From a virus, in the IMG/VR virus record IMGVR_UViG_3300029267_002792: a DNA stretch of 64,000 nt; one strand, written 5' to 3'. Shown one piece after another: positions 1 through 10,016 of the stretch. A program made the translations under genes and the position numbers. Positions within the stretch are counted from its first letter, which is position 1; every line of letters starts with the position of its first letter. A model generated the notes under the pieces. That model did not search any database and was not told where the DNA came from. It saw nothing but the letters and a program-made list of their open reading frames with translations.

Positions 1-1092
1 CCTATACCCTGCTTCCCGAGCCGCCTCGGTCAACGTTCCGATCAGCGACTCTTGCTGCTCGATCGTAGCCTCGGCTTCTTCGAGCTGGGAACGAAGCTGC
101 GTAATCTCCTCGTCGCGCTCGGCAACGAGGGCCGTAGCATCCTCGGTCAGAGCGAAGGGCAGCAAAGCACGCTGCACTTCCTCCAGGGCCGCCCTGGCCC
201 CGGCCACAGCAGGGTCGGTCGCCATCTCAGTGCGCACCTGCTGCTCAACATCAGCGCGCAATGCCGCAATGCGATCCACGAGCACGGATGCGAACTCTTC
301 ACGCAAACGCTCGACCGGGACCGGGTCGCCATTCATGTCCTGAAGGACGCGATCCGCAAACCGCTGGGCCATCTCGGCCTCACCAGGAGGAGCCGACGAC
401 ACGTTAGGAGCGTCAGATGTTTCCGACTCCTCCGATGCCTCGACCTCCTCTTCCTCCCTCGAAGCGGCCTCTACCTCTTCCTCGGAAGCCGGCTCAACCT
501 GAGCATCCAAATCCGCACCCTCAAACATCATGGCCGCACCGCTCTCGGAACTCTCGAACACCGCCTCAGGGTAGGCCGTCGGATCAGCAGGCTCGGCAAC
601 GAAATCGAAGGTGATGAGCTTGTAGTCGTCCTGAACTTCCTCAATACCCTTCCCGTCCGGCTTCGTACTCCCGAATCCTCGAGAGCTGATGCCGACAGGA
701 ACACCGGCAGCCAAGATGGCTTTGAGATCACGACCCTTGGCCGTATCCAAGATCTCCGCCTCACCAATCACCTGATCGCCCTTCAACTGAAGATCAGTGA
801 TTACGTGCGAAGCGCGCTGAAGAGCTGTCCGACCGTCTGTCGGATGGTCTAACTCTCCAATCACTTTTCTGGCTTGCAGGTTCTCCTGGAGGCGGGAGAT
901 ATTGCTCTCCCAAATGCGATGACGATAAAAACGGCCATTGGCAGTTGGCTTCGCCGCGTGGCCGAATTCGCCACGTGCGTACACACGGCCCTTCTTCTCG
1001 CCCTCCCCTTCAATCAGCTCGAGTTTGCAGTGTTGAACCTGCTCATCGATCAGCTGATTTTTCAGGGACTGGGAGTCGACAGGAGTACTCAC
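1..1092 (-). CDS. T4 gp21-like prohead protease fused to acidic coiled-coil scaffold (runs off window edge)
   Basis: Hand-translated, absent from ORF track: GTG at 1092 after GAGG RBS; motifs VIGELDHP, ASHVIT, ISSRGFGS, FDFVAEPAD; then E/A-rich coiled coil. Confidence 0.85.
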   Translation of the reverse strand, partial: MSTPVDSQSLKNQLIDEQVQHCKLELIEGEGEKKGRVYARGEFGHAAKPTANGRFYRHRIWESNISRLQENLQARKVIGELDHPTDGRTALQRASHVITDLQLKGDQVIGEAEILDTAKGRDLKAILAAGVPVGISSRGFGSTKPDGKGIEEVQDDYKLITFDFVAEPADPTAYPEAVFESSESGAAMMFEGADLDAQVEPASEEEVEAASREEEEVEASEESETSDAPNVSSAPPGEAEMAQRFADRVLQDMNGDPVPVERLREEFASVLVDRIAALRADVEQQVRTEMATDPAVAGARAALEEVQRALLPFALTEDATALVAERDEEITQLRSQLEEAEATIEQQESLIGTLTEAAREAGYR

Positions 1093-1329
1093 GTCCTCAT
1101 CCTCGCTTCCACCGGAAGTTGGATCGGAACGGGGTGCGGCCAGTTATGGTGTCCAACACACCCCCAAACCCAGGACGGTCGAGCACGGAACCATCCCTAC
1201 CGACAGTACGTGTCTTCCGCTTCACTGGGCTCTTCTCCACTCCGACCACTTCTTTTCTCCCCGAAGAATACGCCGTTCGGCGGCGCCTCCACGATCCGCC
1301 CTTCTTTGGCGGAAGGGGCCGACGCCGCT

Positions 1330-2235
1330 CTATTCGTTTCCCTCGTTCTCGCCTTCGCCGATCTCCTCGTCCGAATCACCTTCCTCAGAGTCGTCGGCAT
1401 CAGCATCGGAGTCGTCATCCATCGCCTCGCGGATGACGGCGTAGGTCTCCAGACCGCTCAGGACCGTACCTAGATACTCATTGAGCATCTCAGTCACAGC
1501 ATCGAGGTTGATCGCGTCCGGGTCCTCGGTCTGAAGTACAGTCACAATCTCCGCTGAGCACTTGGCGATATCCTCGTAGGTCTCGGCGATCTCCGCGTAC
1601 TCCACATCATCTTCGACCGTGGCCAGCTCCTCGAAGAACCCGTACAGCTTCTCGGCAACGAGGGCCAGGTTGGCGAACGCCGGTGCCGCCTCGTCCATCG
1701 ACTGCGGAGCCCCCACGTCCTCGTCAAGGAGAGACTCGATCGCTCTCATGGCCTCAGCCACGGACTCGTACGGGTGTGCCTGCCCCGACCCATCTTCCGC
1801 ATCGTCAGCGTCAGTCTCCTCGTCGTCATCGAGGCCCTCCCCGATAACGTCCCCGGAAAGCTCCATGACGGACTCTGCGAAGCCTTCCAGCTCCTCCATC
1901 TGGTCGTCACTGAGATCGACAGTCTCGACACCGGCCTCGCCCCACTCATCCCACTTCGACTTCAAGGCGGCGTGGAAAGCCAAGGCCTCCGTCACACCGG
2001 ACTCGTCCGTGTCCTCGTCCTCACCTTCGGCGTCGGCATCGACCTCGTCGTCTGCCGACTCGGCCGCCTCATCGGACTCATCCGACTCATCAGTGCTCAG
2101 CTCGGACTCAGCCTCAGCCTCCTCCTCTGTCTCCTGAGCATCTTCCTCGTCGCGGTGCTCCTCCGTGATGAGGCCGATCCGTCGAAAATCCTCCTCCACG
2201 GAAGTAATCACTACCGGATGTCTCAATAGACTCAT
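1330..2235 (-). CDS. highly acidic protein, probable prohead core/scaffold component
   Basis: D/E-rich ORF between portal and protease; AGGAGG RBS before MSLLR start. Confidence 0.55.
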   Translation of the reverse strand: MSLLRHPVVITSVEEDFRRIGLITEEHRDEEDAQETEEEAEAESELSTDESDESDEAAESADDEVDADAEGEDEDTDESGVTEALAFHAALKSKWDEWGEAGVETVDLSDDQMEELEGFAESVMELSGDVIGEGLDDDEETDADDAEDGSGQAHPYESVAEAMRAIESLLDEDVGAPQSMDEAAPAFANLALVAEKLYGFFEELATVEDDVEYAEIAETYEDIAKCSAEIVTVLQTEDPDAINLDAVTEMLNEYLGTVLSGLETYAVIREAMDDDSDADADDSEEGDSDEEIGEGENEGNE

Positions 2236-2245
2236 CTCATTCCTC

Positions 2246-3148
2246 CTAGTTGGCCTCAATCATCCGATTGGCCACCACGACGGCGAAGCGACTCGCAACC
2301 TCGCGGTCACGCAGTCCCTCGACGATTGTGTCGCAGAGTTTACCACGAGAACGGACATCGTCCATCATCTCTGCAGCCTTGGAAGCCGTCTCGTGTAGCG
2401 AACGCAGGTCGCTCAGCAAATCCCCAGCGAACTGCGCGAACATGGCCGTTACCTCGTCATCTGGGTTCGAGAGTAGCCCGGCCACTGATTCCAGCGACTC
2501 GCTAACCTCGTCCCGGAGACTCCCCAGCCTGTTGAGCACGATCCGCAAATCCTCGATCACTTGATCCTCGTCGCAGTCACACTCGTGCTGCGTAGGCAAT
2601 GCGATCGACTCATCATACAACTTCCCGAACTTCGGGTGCAACTGGCCGCCTTCGCCAGCCAGCGAGGACTCCGCCAAGAATCGAACCACGAATTCGCGGC
2701 GAGCCTCCAACACCCGTCGCCACAAGCGAGGAGAGAAAACGACTGCCGAGACCCGAGAAACGTCGTCATTCGGAAACGCAGCCAGCGGAACGAGCATTTC
2801 TAGCAGCCCTACAGCTCGCTTCACCGAACCACCCAAAAACAAGTCCACTACCCTCGTCGCCTCGCGCTCCACAAAACTCCGCACGTTCCCTGGAGTGAAC
2901 ACCTCGGCATCAAAATCCCGTAGGACGGGTCCCGACTCGCTCAAAACCATCCGGAGAAACCGACCATCGGAATAAACGATCGCCCCGTCCTCCCGAGTGG
3001 CCACCACCTGGAAGGGGGTCTCACCTAGCAACAGCCGAACGATCACTGCCGCTTCCTCGATCTTCTCCTCGTAGCTCCCGGACCGTAGCCTCCGGAGTTC
3101 GCTACCCGGCAGGAGTTTTTCAGAACGAGCGATCATATTGGCCGACAC
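2246..3148 (-). CDS. hypothetical protein in head-assembly module
   Basis: 300-aa ORF tightly packed between portal and core genes. Confidence 0.55.
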   Translation of the reverse strand: MSANMIARSEKLLPGSELRRLRSGSYEEKIEEAAVIVRLLLGETPFQVVATREDGAIVYSDGRFLRMVLSESGPVLRDFDAEVFTPGNVRSFVEREATRVVDLFLGGSVKRAVGLLEMLVPLAAFPNDDVSRVSAVVFSPRLWRRVLEARREFVVRFLAESSLAGEGGQLHPKFGKLYDESIALPTQHECDCDEDQVIEDLRIVLNRLGSLRDEVSESLESVAGLLSNPDDEVTAMFAQFAGDLLSDLRSLHETASKAAEMMDDVRSRGKLCDTIVEGLRDREVASRFAVVVANRMIEAN

Positions 3149-3178
3149 TATCCGCTTCCTGGACCATCTGTCAAACAG

Positions 3179-6100
3179 TTAGCGCCCCCGAGCAGCAGAG
3201 GCTACATCCCGAATCAGCGCCACGCTTTCCTTGAGCCGACGGCTCTGAGCATCGCTCGACCGTAGGATACGATCAAGCTTTGTCTCTGCTCGCTTCTCCG
3301 CCTCCCGACTCCCTCTAAGCAATTCTTGTTCAGAAATACCGCCACGAAGCCTACGTGGGAGCGAATCGATCTTGCGCTCCAACATACGCATCCCAGACCG
3401 GAACCCTGAAGGCAACCCCAACGACTCCACGCCCCCTCCCACAGCGGCCGACGCTCGCTCAACATCAGCCTGAGCTTGCGCGCTCATCTTCTCGACCTCG
3501 GCCTGCGCCTTACCCTCGCGAATGACATCCTCGGATCGCTCCTGAATGATGATCCGGATGTCCTCCTCCGACAGCTGGTAAACGTTCTCCAAAACCCACC
3601 GAAGGGAAACGTGCTCCTTCATACGAGCCGCCAAGTCCGCCCGAGCGTTCCGAACCTCCAACTGCGCCAGCTCGAAAATCGCTGACGGCACAGTCATGTG
3701 AATCGTGTACTCGTGGTCGTACGGGTTGACGTTGATTGCGGCCAAGTGCGTCCGGCTGATCTTCCTCAAGCCGTTCCGAATCTCACGCTGGACCCGGAGC
3801 ACAGAGCGAGCGAACCGGACATCCTCGCTGGAGAGCACGGCGCGAGCCGTATTCTCGTCCTGAGCAAGATATGCCTTCGGCACCTTGAGTGCGGAAAACA
3901 TCTTCGTCTGGAAGTACTCGACGTCGTCCATGTGCTGCCAAGAAGGACCACCGAGAACCTCAATCCGAGTACCCTCCACTCCTTGGCGGACCGGCACCCA
4001 GAAATCGTCATCCTGGCTAAGTGGTTCAAATTTCAGGTCTAATTTACCTGTGGAAGGGTTCACAAATCGCTTCTTCTTGTGCTGCTGCCGAATCCTGTTC
4101 ACAAACGCCAGCGCCTCCTGGGGAGGCAAATTACCTACATCTACGTAGAACGCAAAGCGCTCAGGCGCTCGCTGGAGCCGGTAGATCATGGCAGCGTCTT
4201 CCAGGAGCATCAATCGCTTCCATATCCAGCGCGCAGGCTCGAGAACGGAGTTGTGAACGACGAGCCCGTCAGCAACAAAGTTGTGCGCTTCGTGATCAAC
4301 CTCAATGTCGTAAACAGGCTCAGGCGGAGTATCCTGCTCGGTGACAGAAAGCACCCCCTCCAACTTGAAAGGCCCGTCGAACAACGGCGTAGTGTGGAAG
4401 TGAATAATATACCCAGGCCCTGAATCCACCACCTTACCCATCATGGCAGGATGCGTCGACACCACACCACGACGCGCCCCGCGGGTACAGACATTCCCAC
4501 ACGTCCAACCCAACCCATCGATAAGAGTTTTCAGATCGCGGACCAAGTCGTAGTTGCTCAGCTCCACTCGCTTCGCCCGACACCCAGCCTGCTCAACCTC
4601 CCAACCGTCAGCCGCTACAAACCCCGCAACAAACGCCTCCCTGATATCTCGCGACGACTCAAACACCCACTGTGGCACACGCTTATCATGAGAACCATTG
4701 ACAAACCCGAGCCCTCGCAAAATGTCCACGAAGTCGGCCGAGTGAACAACAAGCTGTCGAAGGACACGAACCTCTTCTCCAGTGTCCTCATTGACAACCC
4801 TCTGATAGCGCTCCTTCGGCTCCAACCCATACACCCGAAACCGCTCACGAATGTTCTCAGTCAGTGATTCGTCCAAACTGACAGCCACACCAACATCATG
4901 CCCCTGCGAGGTCCATCCATCGCCCAAGAGCAACCCAAACAACCACGCAAATTCCTCGTCCACATACTCAGGGCACCGGACGAAGTTCCCTCGGCATCGT
5001 CCATGAACCACAAACGCCCCAGGGCGTGCCAGCTCAGGAACTGCCCCACACATCCGATCAAACACATCCCGAACAACACTTCGATCACCGGCACAAAATA
5101 CGTCAGCCCCGGCGTCGATATCGCTTAGCCCGGTCCTTCGGTAGAAATACCGCTCCCCTTCTCGAAGTCTAGCCACCGCTTCGACCCCTTCAGAGGTCAA
5201 CCGCACTCGATCAAACACCTCCGGGCTCTTAGTCCGTGTAAGTACCCCGTCAACCTCAGGAGGACGAGGAAGAACAAGTCGATCACCTCGACACAACTCC
5301 GAAACAGGCTTGTAGGTCAACAAATCGGTCTCGCTGAACACCATCACAGGGTGCTCTGCCGTGGCAAAGTTTTCGCGATGCCGAGTCTTGATCGAATAAA
5401 CCTTCTTCTCTCCACTACGAACCACGTCAAGAACCTTCACCCCGATCATTCGGCTGTTGTCCATAACATGAACAACGTCTCCGGGACGTAGGTTCTGGAT
5501 CTCCTTCACCCCGAACGGGGTAGAGACCTTTGACGTCGCCCTTTCGCAATAACCGTATACACTTCGGCGATGCTTTCCCCGCAAGCGAAAATGGGCGACC
5601 TCCCAAGGTTCGAGCGCATTGACCCGCTGAAGCATGTTCCCGGGCACCCGAGCCTGGCCCGGCTGCATAGCCTGGCGAATGGCATCGGTACGCTGAGCGA
5701 GGATCTTCTGAAACCCCTGAGGACTATACCCGAATCGACCTTTGAAATCCTGGACGAACCCGTACAGCTCCCCGCGCGGGCCTTCCACGCGCCGGACCGT
5801 AGGAGCGGGGAGAAAATTCAGACCGACCACACCCTCATCCGTGACAAGCAGCTCCTCAAAGTCGTTCCCGTACTTGACGAGAGACCGCACTATCTCCCAA
5901 ATCTCCTCGTCAAGTCGGAGGCGCTTGTAGAACAGATCGTCCAGTACACCTTGAAGGGTCTTGTCCGGACTCGACACCCACACCGTTCGTTGAAGCTGAG
6001 TATCGGGCTGAGAAGCATCGTCCGCGTACACGTCGATCGCTGATGCTATCTCGGGATAGTCATCCATCTCCTCGTAGTCGACGTATCGGCTTAGGAGGTC

Positions 6101-6277
6101 GTGTTCGAGCCGGAGATAGTCCGACAGAGCGTCGTACCCGTAGGCTTGCAGAAGGTCGTACCCCGAATCCGGGTAGGTCGGAGACGTGCTGCCCTTCGCG
6201 AGCAGCTGTCCCCCACGCTCTTTATCTGCCACGAACGCGCCGCGTAGGCGATCAATGACGTTCTGTACAGCGCCCAC
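3179..6277 (-). CDS. T4 gp20-like portal protein containing an intein
   Basis: EMDDYPEIASAIDVYADDA, RAPERFAFYVDVGNLP, DDFWVPVR..GTRIEVLGG, ALKVPKAYL motifs. Confidence 0.9.
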   Translation of the reverse strand: MGAVQNVIDRLRGAFVADKERGGQLLAKGSTSPTYPDSGYDLLQAYGYDALSDYLRLEHDLLSRYVDYEEMDDYPEIASAIDVYADDASQPDTQLQRTVWVSSPDKTLQGVLDDLFYKRLRLDEEIWEIVRSLVKYGNDFEELLVTDEGVVGLNFLPAPTVRRVEGPRGELYGFVQDFKGRFGYSPQGFQKILAQRTDAIRQAMQPGQARVPGNMLQRVNALEPWEVAHFRLRGKHRRSVYGYCERATSKVSTPFGVKEIQNLRPGDVVHVMDNSRMIGVKVLDVVRSGEKKVYSIKTRHRENFATAEHPVMVFSETDLLTYKPVSELCRGDRLVLPRPPEVDGVLTRTKSPEVFDRVRLTSEGVEAVARLREGERYFYRRTGLSDIDAGADVFCAGDRSVVRDVFDRMCGAVPELARPGAFVVHGRCRGNFVRCPEYVDEEFAWLFGLLLGDGWTSQGHDVGVAVSLDESLTENIRERFRVYGLEPKERYQRVVNEDTGEEVRVLRQLVVHSADFVDILRGLGFVNGSHDKRVPQWVFESSRDIREAFVAGFVAADGWEVEQAGCRAKRVELSNYDLVRDLKTLIDGLGWTCGNVCTRGARRGVVSTHPAMMGKVVDSGPGYIIHFHTTPLFDGPFKLEGVLSVTEQDTPPEPVYDIEVDHEAHNFVADGLVVHNSVLEPARWIWKRLMLLEDAAMIYRLQRAPERFAFYVDVGNLPPQEALAFVNRIRQQHKKKRFVNPSTGKLDLKFEPLSQDDDFWVPVRQGVEGTRIEVLGGPSWQHMDDVEYFQTKMFSALKVPKAYLAQDENTARAVLSSEDVRFARSVLRVQREIRNGLRKISRTHLAAINVNPYDHEYTIHMTVPSAIFELAQLEVRNARADLAARMKEHVSLRWVLENVYQLSEEDIRIIIQERSEDVIREGKAQAEVEKMSAQAQADVERASAAVGGGVESLGLPSGFRSGMRMLERKIDSLPRRLRGGISEQELLRGSREAEKRAETKLDRILRSSDAQSRRLKESVALIRDVASAARGR
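4250..5548 (-). mobile_element. 433-aa intein with LAGLIDADG homing endonuclease
   Basis: Starts at Cys (YGY|CERAT), ends HNFVADGLVVHN|S; LFGLLLGDGW and FVAGFVAADGW motifs. Confidence 0.92.
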
Positions 6278-6618
6278 TATCCCCTCGCAGCCAGATACTC
6301 AGAGAAGGACCGAGCAAACTCTTCCGATCGAAGAAGATACCCTACGATTCGTTTCGCTACCACCTTCGGGAGATCGGGAAGGTCAGCGTAGTCAGCCGGC
6401 CGCAGCGATGCCTGTTCCAGCTCGTCGGCCAACACCCGAGCTGCGACAGCACCAACATCGCGATACAGACCGTCGAGAGGCATTCTCCGCACCACTTGGT
6501 CAGCCACATCCAACGACAGCTTCGAGGGGCGAGTGAGCACAGCTCCGGTGCCTCCGGGAGCCACGTTCATACTGGCACCGAAGATCTCGTCCAGCTGTTG
6601 TCTAAGTGCGCGGTTCAT
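6277..6618 (-). CDS. hypothetical protein
   Basis: 113-aa ORF coupled to portal start. Confidence 0.55.
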   Translation of the reverse strand: MNRALRQQLDEIFGASMNVAPGGTGAVLTRPSKLSLDVADQVVRRMPLDGLYRDVGAVAARVLADELEQASLRPADYADLPDLPKVVAKRIVGYLLRSEEFARSFSEYLAARG

Positions 6619-6657
6619 GTAGTCCTCATACCATGGTCAGCCAGAACTTGGAACCGA

Positions 6658-8676
6658 TCAGTCGCCCTGCCCGAATCCTGAGCCTATCAGAAATGGAGGC
6701 AAAACCGTAAGGTCTTCGCTTATATCCGCCACATCCTCGCTCCCGTAGCTCCGAGCTAGCGCGGCCTGCTGGTGCTCGCGCATCCACGCGTCCCCATGGT
6801 CTGGAACGCTCTTTAGCATCTCCAAAGGAATAGACGACGAGTTTTCCGTCAGTGTCCACACAACCCCGGCCACAGCGTCCGAGGTGTCCTTCCGCCCGCG
6901 CAGCGGGTGGTCAACCTTCCGTTTTACCCGGTCGTGTTCGAGTTCCCTCAGCTCCTGAAGCAGGGGCTCGTAGTCGTAGTAGTACAGCCGATCTTCATAG
7001 AGCGCCGACTTCAACAGGTCGTACGGCCCCATCGTTCGATCGATCGAGAGCTGGACAGCGTTGAACCCTCTCTGGTTCAATTTCTGAATAGCATCAGCAG
7101 AGTTCCACGAGTCGATCGACACGCACGTGATCATGTAACCGTGGCGACCGAGCTGGTACACAAGCTTCCGAATGTCCCCAAGAATGATCTCCCCGCCCAC
7201 CGGAGGGACAATCCGCAAAACCACGTCAATCGTGATCTCAGGGGCTCGCTCCGGATACTTGTTCCCCTCGTCGTCCCTGCGTACGACCTCTCTCCACCCC
7301 GAAACGTGCCCCATCGCAAAACCCGTCGCGTCTCCAGACAATGACGGGTCGATGTGGATGTGGCGTGGAGCGTACGGGCTCAGAATCGGGCGCATTCCCC
7401 CTTCCGCATCATTCGCGGGTCGGAGCATTTTGTGCCAGTAAAACGTACCTGGTTGGGAGGGATCGTAGACCTCCACACTGAACGGGTGCTTCATGTCCGA
7501 GCGAACCGCATCGATAATTTTCGTCCGGCGCTGGATGTACGGGCTCACAGACACCGTAGCCACGCCAGCCAAGTCGCGGATCGCCCCTTCCAGGTCGTTC
7601 TCGAAATCTCCCCGGAAGTCCTCAGGCACCTCAATGATGACGCAGTCCTCGGGAAGTGTGGCGCGAACCTCGTCGATGTCCTCATTGTCCTCAATGATCC
7701 GACTCGGTGCCTGCTCGTTACCCACAACGGTGTGGAACCACTCGCCGGAGTAGTAGATGTCCGGCTTGACGTCCCAGAGCGCGTAGTCCCGGACGAACAC
7801 CGTAGGGTCTAGCGTTGACTCCTTGATTCGCTTGGCCGTGAAATCGTCGTTGGTTTGTTTCGAGGAAACAACGAACAGGATGCCCGGCAGCCGGCCCTTG
7901 CGCTCGAACCTGGACTTCATCCGGCGCTGCATAGCGTTGTACAGCACCTCAGCCCGGTCTTGAAGGTTGAACCGTGGGTCCTGCCCCTTCGTCGCCTTCG
8001 GCATAAAGTTTGTCTCATCCAAAAGGCCACCGATCACGTTGAGACCGAGCACAGACCCGTCATTACTCGCTCGTGCCGCCACCCACACCTTCTTCGGGAA
8101 CCGGAGTTCCTTCTTGGTCTTCTCGAACGGAAAGTGTTCCTGAAAGTACGGGCTAGCCTCGATCTTCGTGGCAATGTTTTCGTAGGCGACCTTGGTGGCC
8201 AAAATTTCGTTGACCGAGAGGCACACAATCGAGATGTTCGAGTTCGCCGCGATACCGAACGACCGGTGAGGGTCGCGCATGCAAGAGAGGATGTAAAGAA
8301 GACGGCAAATACCAATGGACGCGGCGAAGGTTTTCCCCCACCCGATGGCTCCCGTGAGCACCGCCTCCCGGTACCCCTCGTCAAACAGCGTGGCCAAGTC
8401 ATCCAGCAAGATCGAATACAGGTTGTCGCACGTGTTCCCCAGGTAGTAGGGGTCCATGCAGAACGTTTTCATGTCCACGGGCGTGCGAACCCACTCGAGA
8501 TTTCCGATCGTTTGGAGAAGAGCGGCGTCGCTCTTCGGGTCCTTCAGCTCCGCCAGGATGAGTTCGATCGTCTTCCGCTCGTCCGGTGTAAGGGTCTCCA
8601 GGTCCTTTTCCAGGAGCCCAGTCTTCTCCAGAGGCGTACGGATAGATCGCCAGTGGCCTTCCTGATACTCGATCAT
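6658..8676 (-). CDS. terL: terminase large subunit
   Basis: Walker A GAIGWGKT, Walker B LLDETNF, nuclease HIDPSLSGDATG and KDTSDAVAG; next to portal. Confidence 0.9.
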   Translation of the reverse strand: MIEYQEGHWRSIRTPLEKTGLLEKDLETLTPDERKTIELILAELKDPKSDAALLQTIGNLEWVRTPVDMKTFCMDPYYLGNTCDNLYSILLDDLATLFDEGYREAVLTGAIGWGKTFAASIGICRLLYILSCMRDPHRSFGIAANSNISIVCLSVNEILATKVAYENIATKIEASPYFQEHFPFEKTKKELRFPKKVWVAARASNDGSVLGLNVIGGLLDETNFMPKATKGQDPRFNLQDRAEVLYNAMQRRMKSRFERKGRLPGILFVVSSKQTNDDFTAKRIKESTLDPTVFVRDYALWDVKPDIYYSGEWFHTVVGNEQAPSRIIEDNEDIDEVRATLPEDCVIIEVPEDFRGDFENDLEGAIRDLAGVATVSVSPYIQRRTKIIDAVRSDMKHPFSVEVYDPSQPGTFYWHKMLRPANDAEGGMRPILSPYAPRHIHIDPSLSGDATGFAMGHVSGWREVVRRDDEGNKYPERAPEITIDVVLRIVPPVGGEIILGDIRKLVYQLGRHGYMITCVSIDSWNSADAIQKLNQRGFNAVQLSIDRTMGPYDLLKSALYEDRLYYYDYEPLLQELRELEHDRVKRKVDHPLRGRKDTSDAVAGVVWTLTENSSSIPLEMLKSVPDHGDAWMREHQQAALARSYGSEDVADISEDLTVLPPFLIGSGFGQGD

Positions 8677-8684
8677 GATGCAGC

Positions 8685-9368
8685 CTAGTTGGAACCCTCA
8701 GAAGAGGACGAGGATGGCGCAGGCAGCTTCATGAAGCGCTCCACAATACCCATCACCTTCCGCCGTGACTCGGCGTCCTGAAGCACCTCCTGAACAGCAC
8801 CATCGCCGAATTTAGCCAGCACCTCGTTCGACAGGTTCGCCTCGACTTCCACGCCGACATTGACATCGACCCCCTTCGGAGCCCGACCCAGGATTCCCAA
8901 TTCCATCTTCAGCTCAGCCATGTCCTTGAGCAAGTTACGAGCCTCTCGGATCTCCGCTGTCATCGACGGCATGAGCTTCTTGATACCTTTCTCTGTGCTG
9001 AAATCGATCCCGATACGGTGCATTTGGATTCTGTACAGCTCCTCCAGCTCCTCCAACTCGTCGATGCTGGCTTCGACCTTCTCCTTCGCCTGGTCGAAGA
9101 CGTCCGGAAATCTCTTCTGGACCAGGTCCCCCGGAGGCATGTTCTTCCGGAACTCCGCCAGCTGCTGCTCCAGTCCATGATGAGAGATCGATGTGTACTC
9201 CTTGCGCTCCTCTTGGATGAACCGCGCCACCTGCGCCAGAGGCCACCCCGCACAGATGCGGTCATAGACCTCCTGGAAGCACGCCAGCGCTCGCAATTTT
9301 CTGAATCGTGTGTCGCGGCCAGGGGGCTTCGGCCGCTTTCGCCCAGTCCGTGCCATCTTGACCATCAT
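8685..9368 (-). CDS. putative terminase small subunit
   Basis: Directly upstream of terL; helical with basic N-terminus; start trimmed to MMVKM. Confidence 0.45.
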   Translation of the reverse strand: MMVKMARTGRKRPKPPGRDTRFRKLRALACFQEVYDRICAGWPLAQVARFIQEERKEYTSISHHGLEQQLAEFRKNMPPGDLVQKRFPDVFDQAKEKVEASIDELEELEELYRIQMHRIGIDFSTEKGIKKLMPSMTAEIREARNLLKDMAELKMELGILGRAPKGVDVNVGVEVEANLSNEVLAKFGDGAVQEVLQDAESRRKVMGIVERFMKLPAPSSSSSEGSN

Positions 9369-9498
9369 AAGCCAACCTGGCAGGCGTGACCAGTGAAGGA
9401 CTAGCAGGGACAGTCGGACAGAGGAGCCTGAGCGGTCTCGCACATAGCTTCGGCCCATTCGGCTAAGGTGCGCTCTTCTGGGCAGATGTAGGTAAGTG

Positions 9499-10008
9499 TC
9501 AGCCAGAACTGCGGTGATGACGCCCGTCGTCTCGGGCGGACGAGGAAGACTCGATCCCTAGGAGCGCAGCCCGCACCCGAGCCAGCAAACTATCGCGTTC
9601 TGCCTGGTAGTTCCGGATGATCGTAACCGCAGACAGATACAACTCGCGATATCGGGCTAGCTTCCGCTCCGCGCGCTCCGCCCTTTCCCTGCACAACTCA
9701 CCAAACCGGGCTGTGATCCGCTCCAAAGCCTGGTCATCAAGCGTGTCGAGCATGTCGCGCAGGGTTGCTACCTCAGTCATGTCCCCATCCCGACAAAACA
9801 AACGCAGCATGCGCTCCCCTCGCCGGATCACGACGCTCATGTTCACACGCCCGTTCTGACCTGACTCGAACACCGGGCGCTGCGCCTCCACCACCACACC
9901 AAGGTCCTCTTCTCCCACCGTCAGAACATTGCTATGGAGAACCTCAACCGTCTCCCAGTGGTCGATCGAGGCTCTCTTCTTGCCGTCGCTTCTCCTGTCG
10001 TCTGCCAT
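9499..10008 (-). CDS. hypothetical coiled-coil protein
   Basis: ORF track, start trimmed to MADDRR. Confidence 0.5.
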   Translation of the reverse strand: MADDRRSDGKKRASIDHWETVEVLHSNVLTVGEEDLGVVVEAQRPVFESGQNGRVNMSVVIRRGERMLRLFCRDGDMTEVATLRDMLDTLDDQALERITARFGELCRERAERAERKLARYRELYLSAVTIIRNYQAERDSLLARVRAALLGIESSSSARDDGRHHRSSG

Positions 10009-10016
10009 TCTTCTCT

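Noticed and set aside
52-852. Plus-strand 266-aa ORF and other long plus-strand ORFs across 1-53 kb (e.g. 7855-8688, 27448-28551, 42932-43771, 47276-48220)
   Set aside because: Antisense shadows of minus-strand genes that carry clear motifs; common in GC-rich DNA
1190-1332. TAG read-through or amber recoding (frame stays open about 43 codons past the stop)
   Set aside because: No CUA suppressor tRNA in the window, and genes such as recA and terL end normally at TAG
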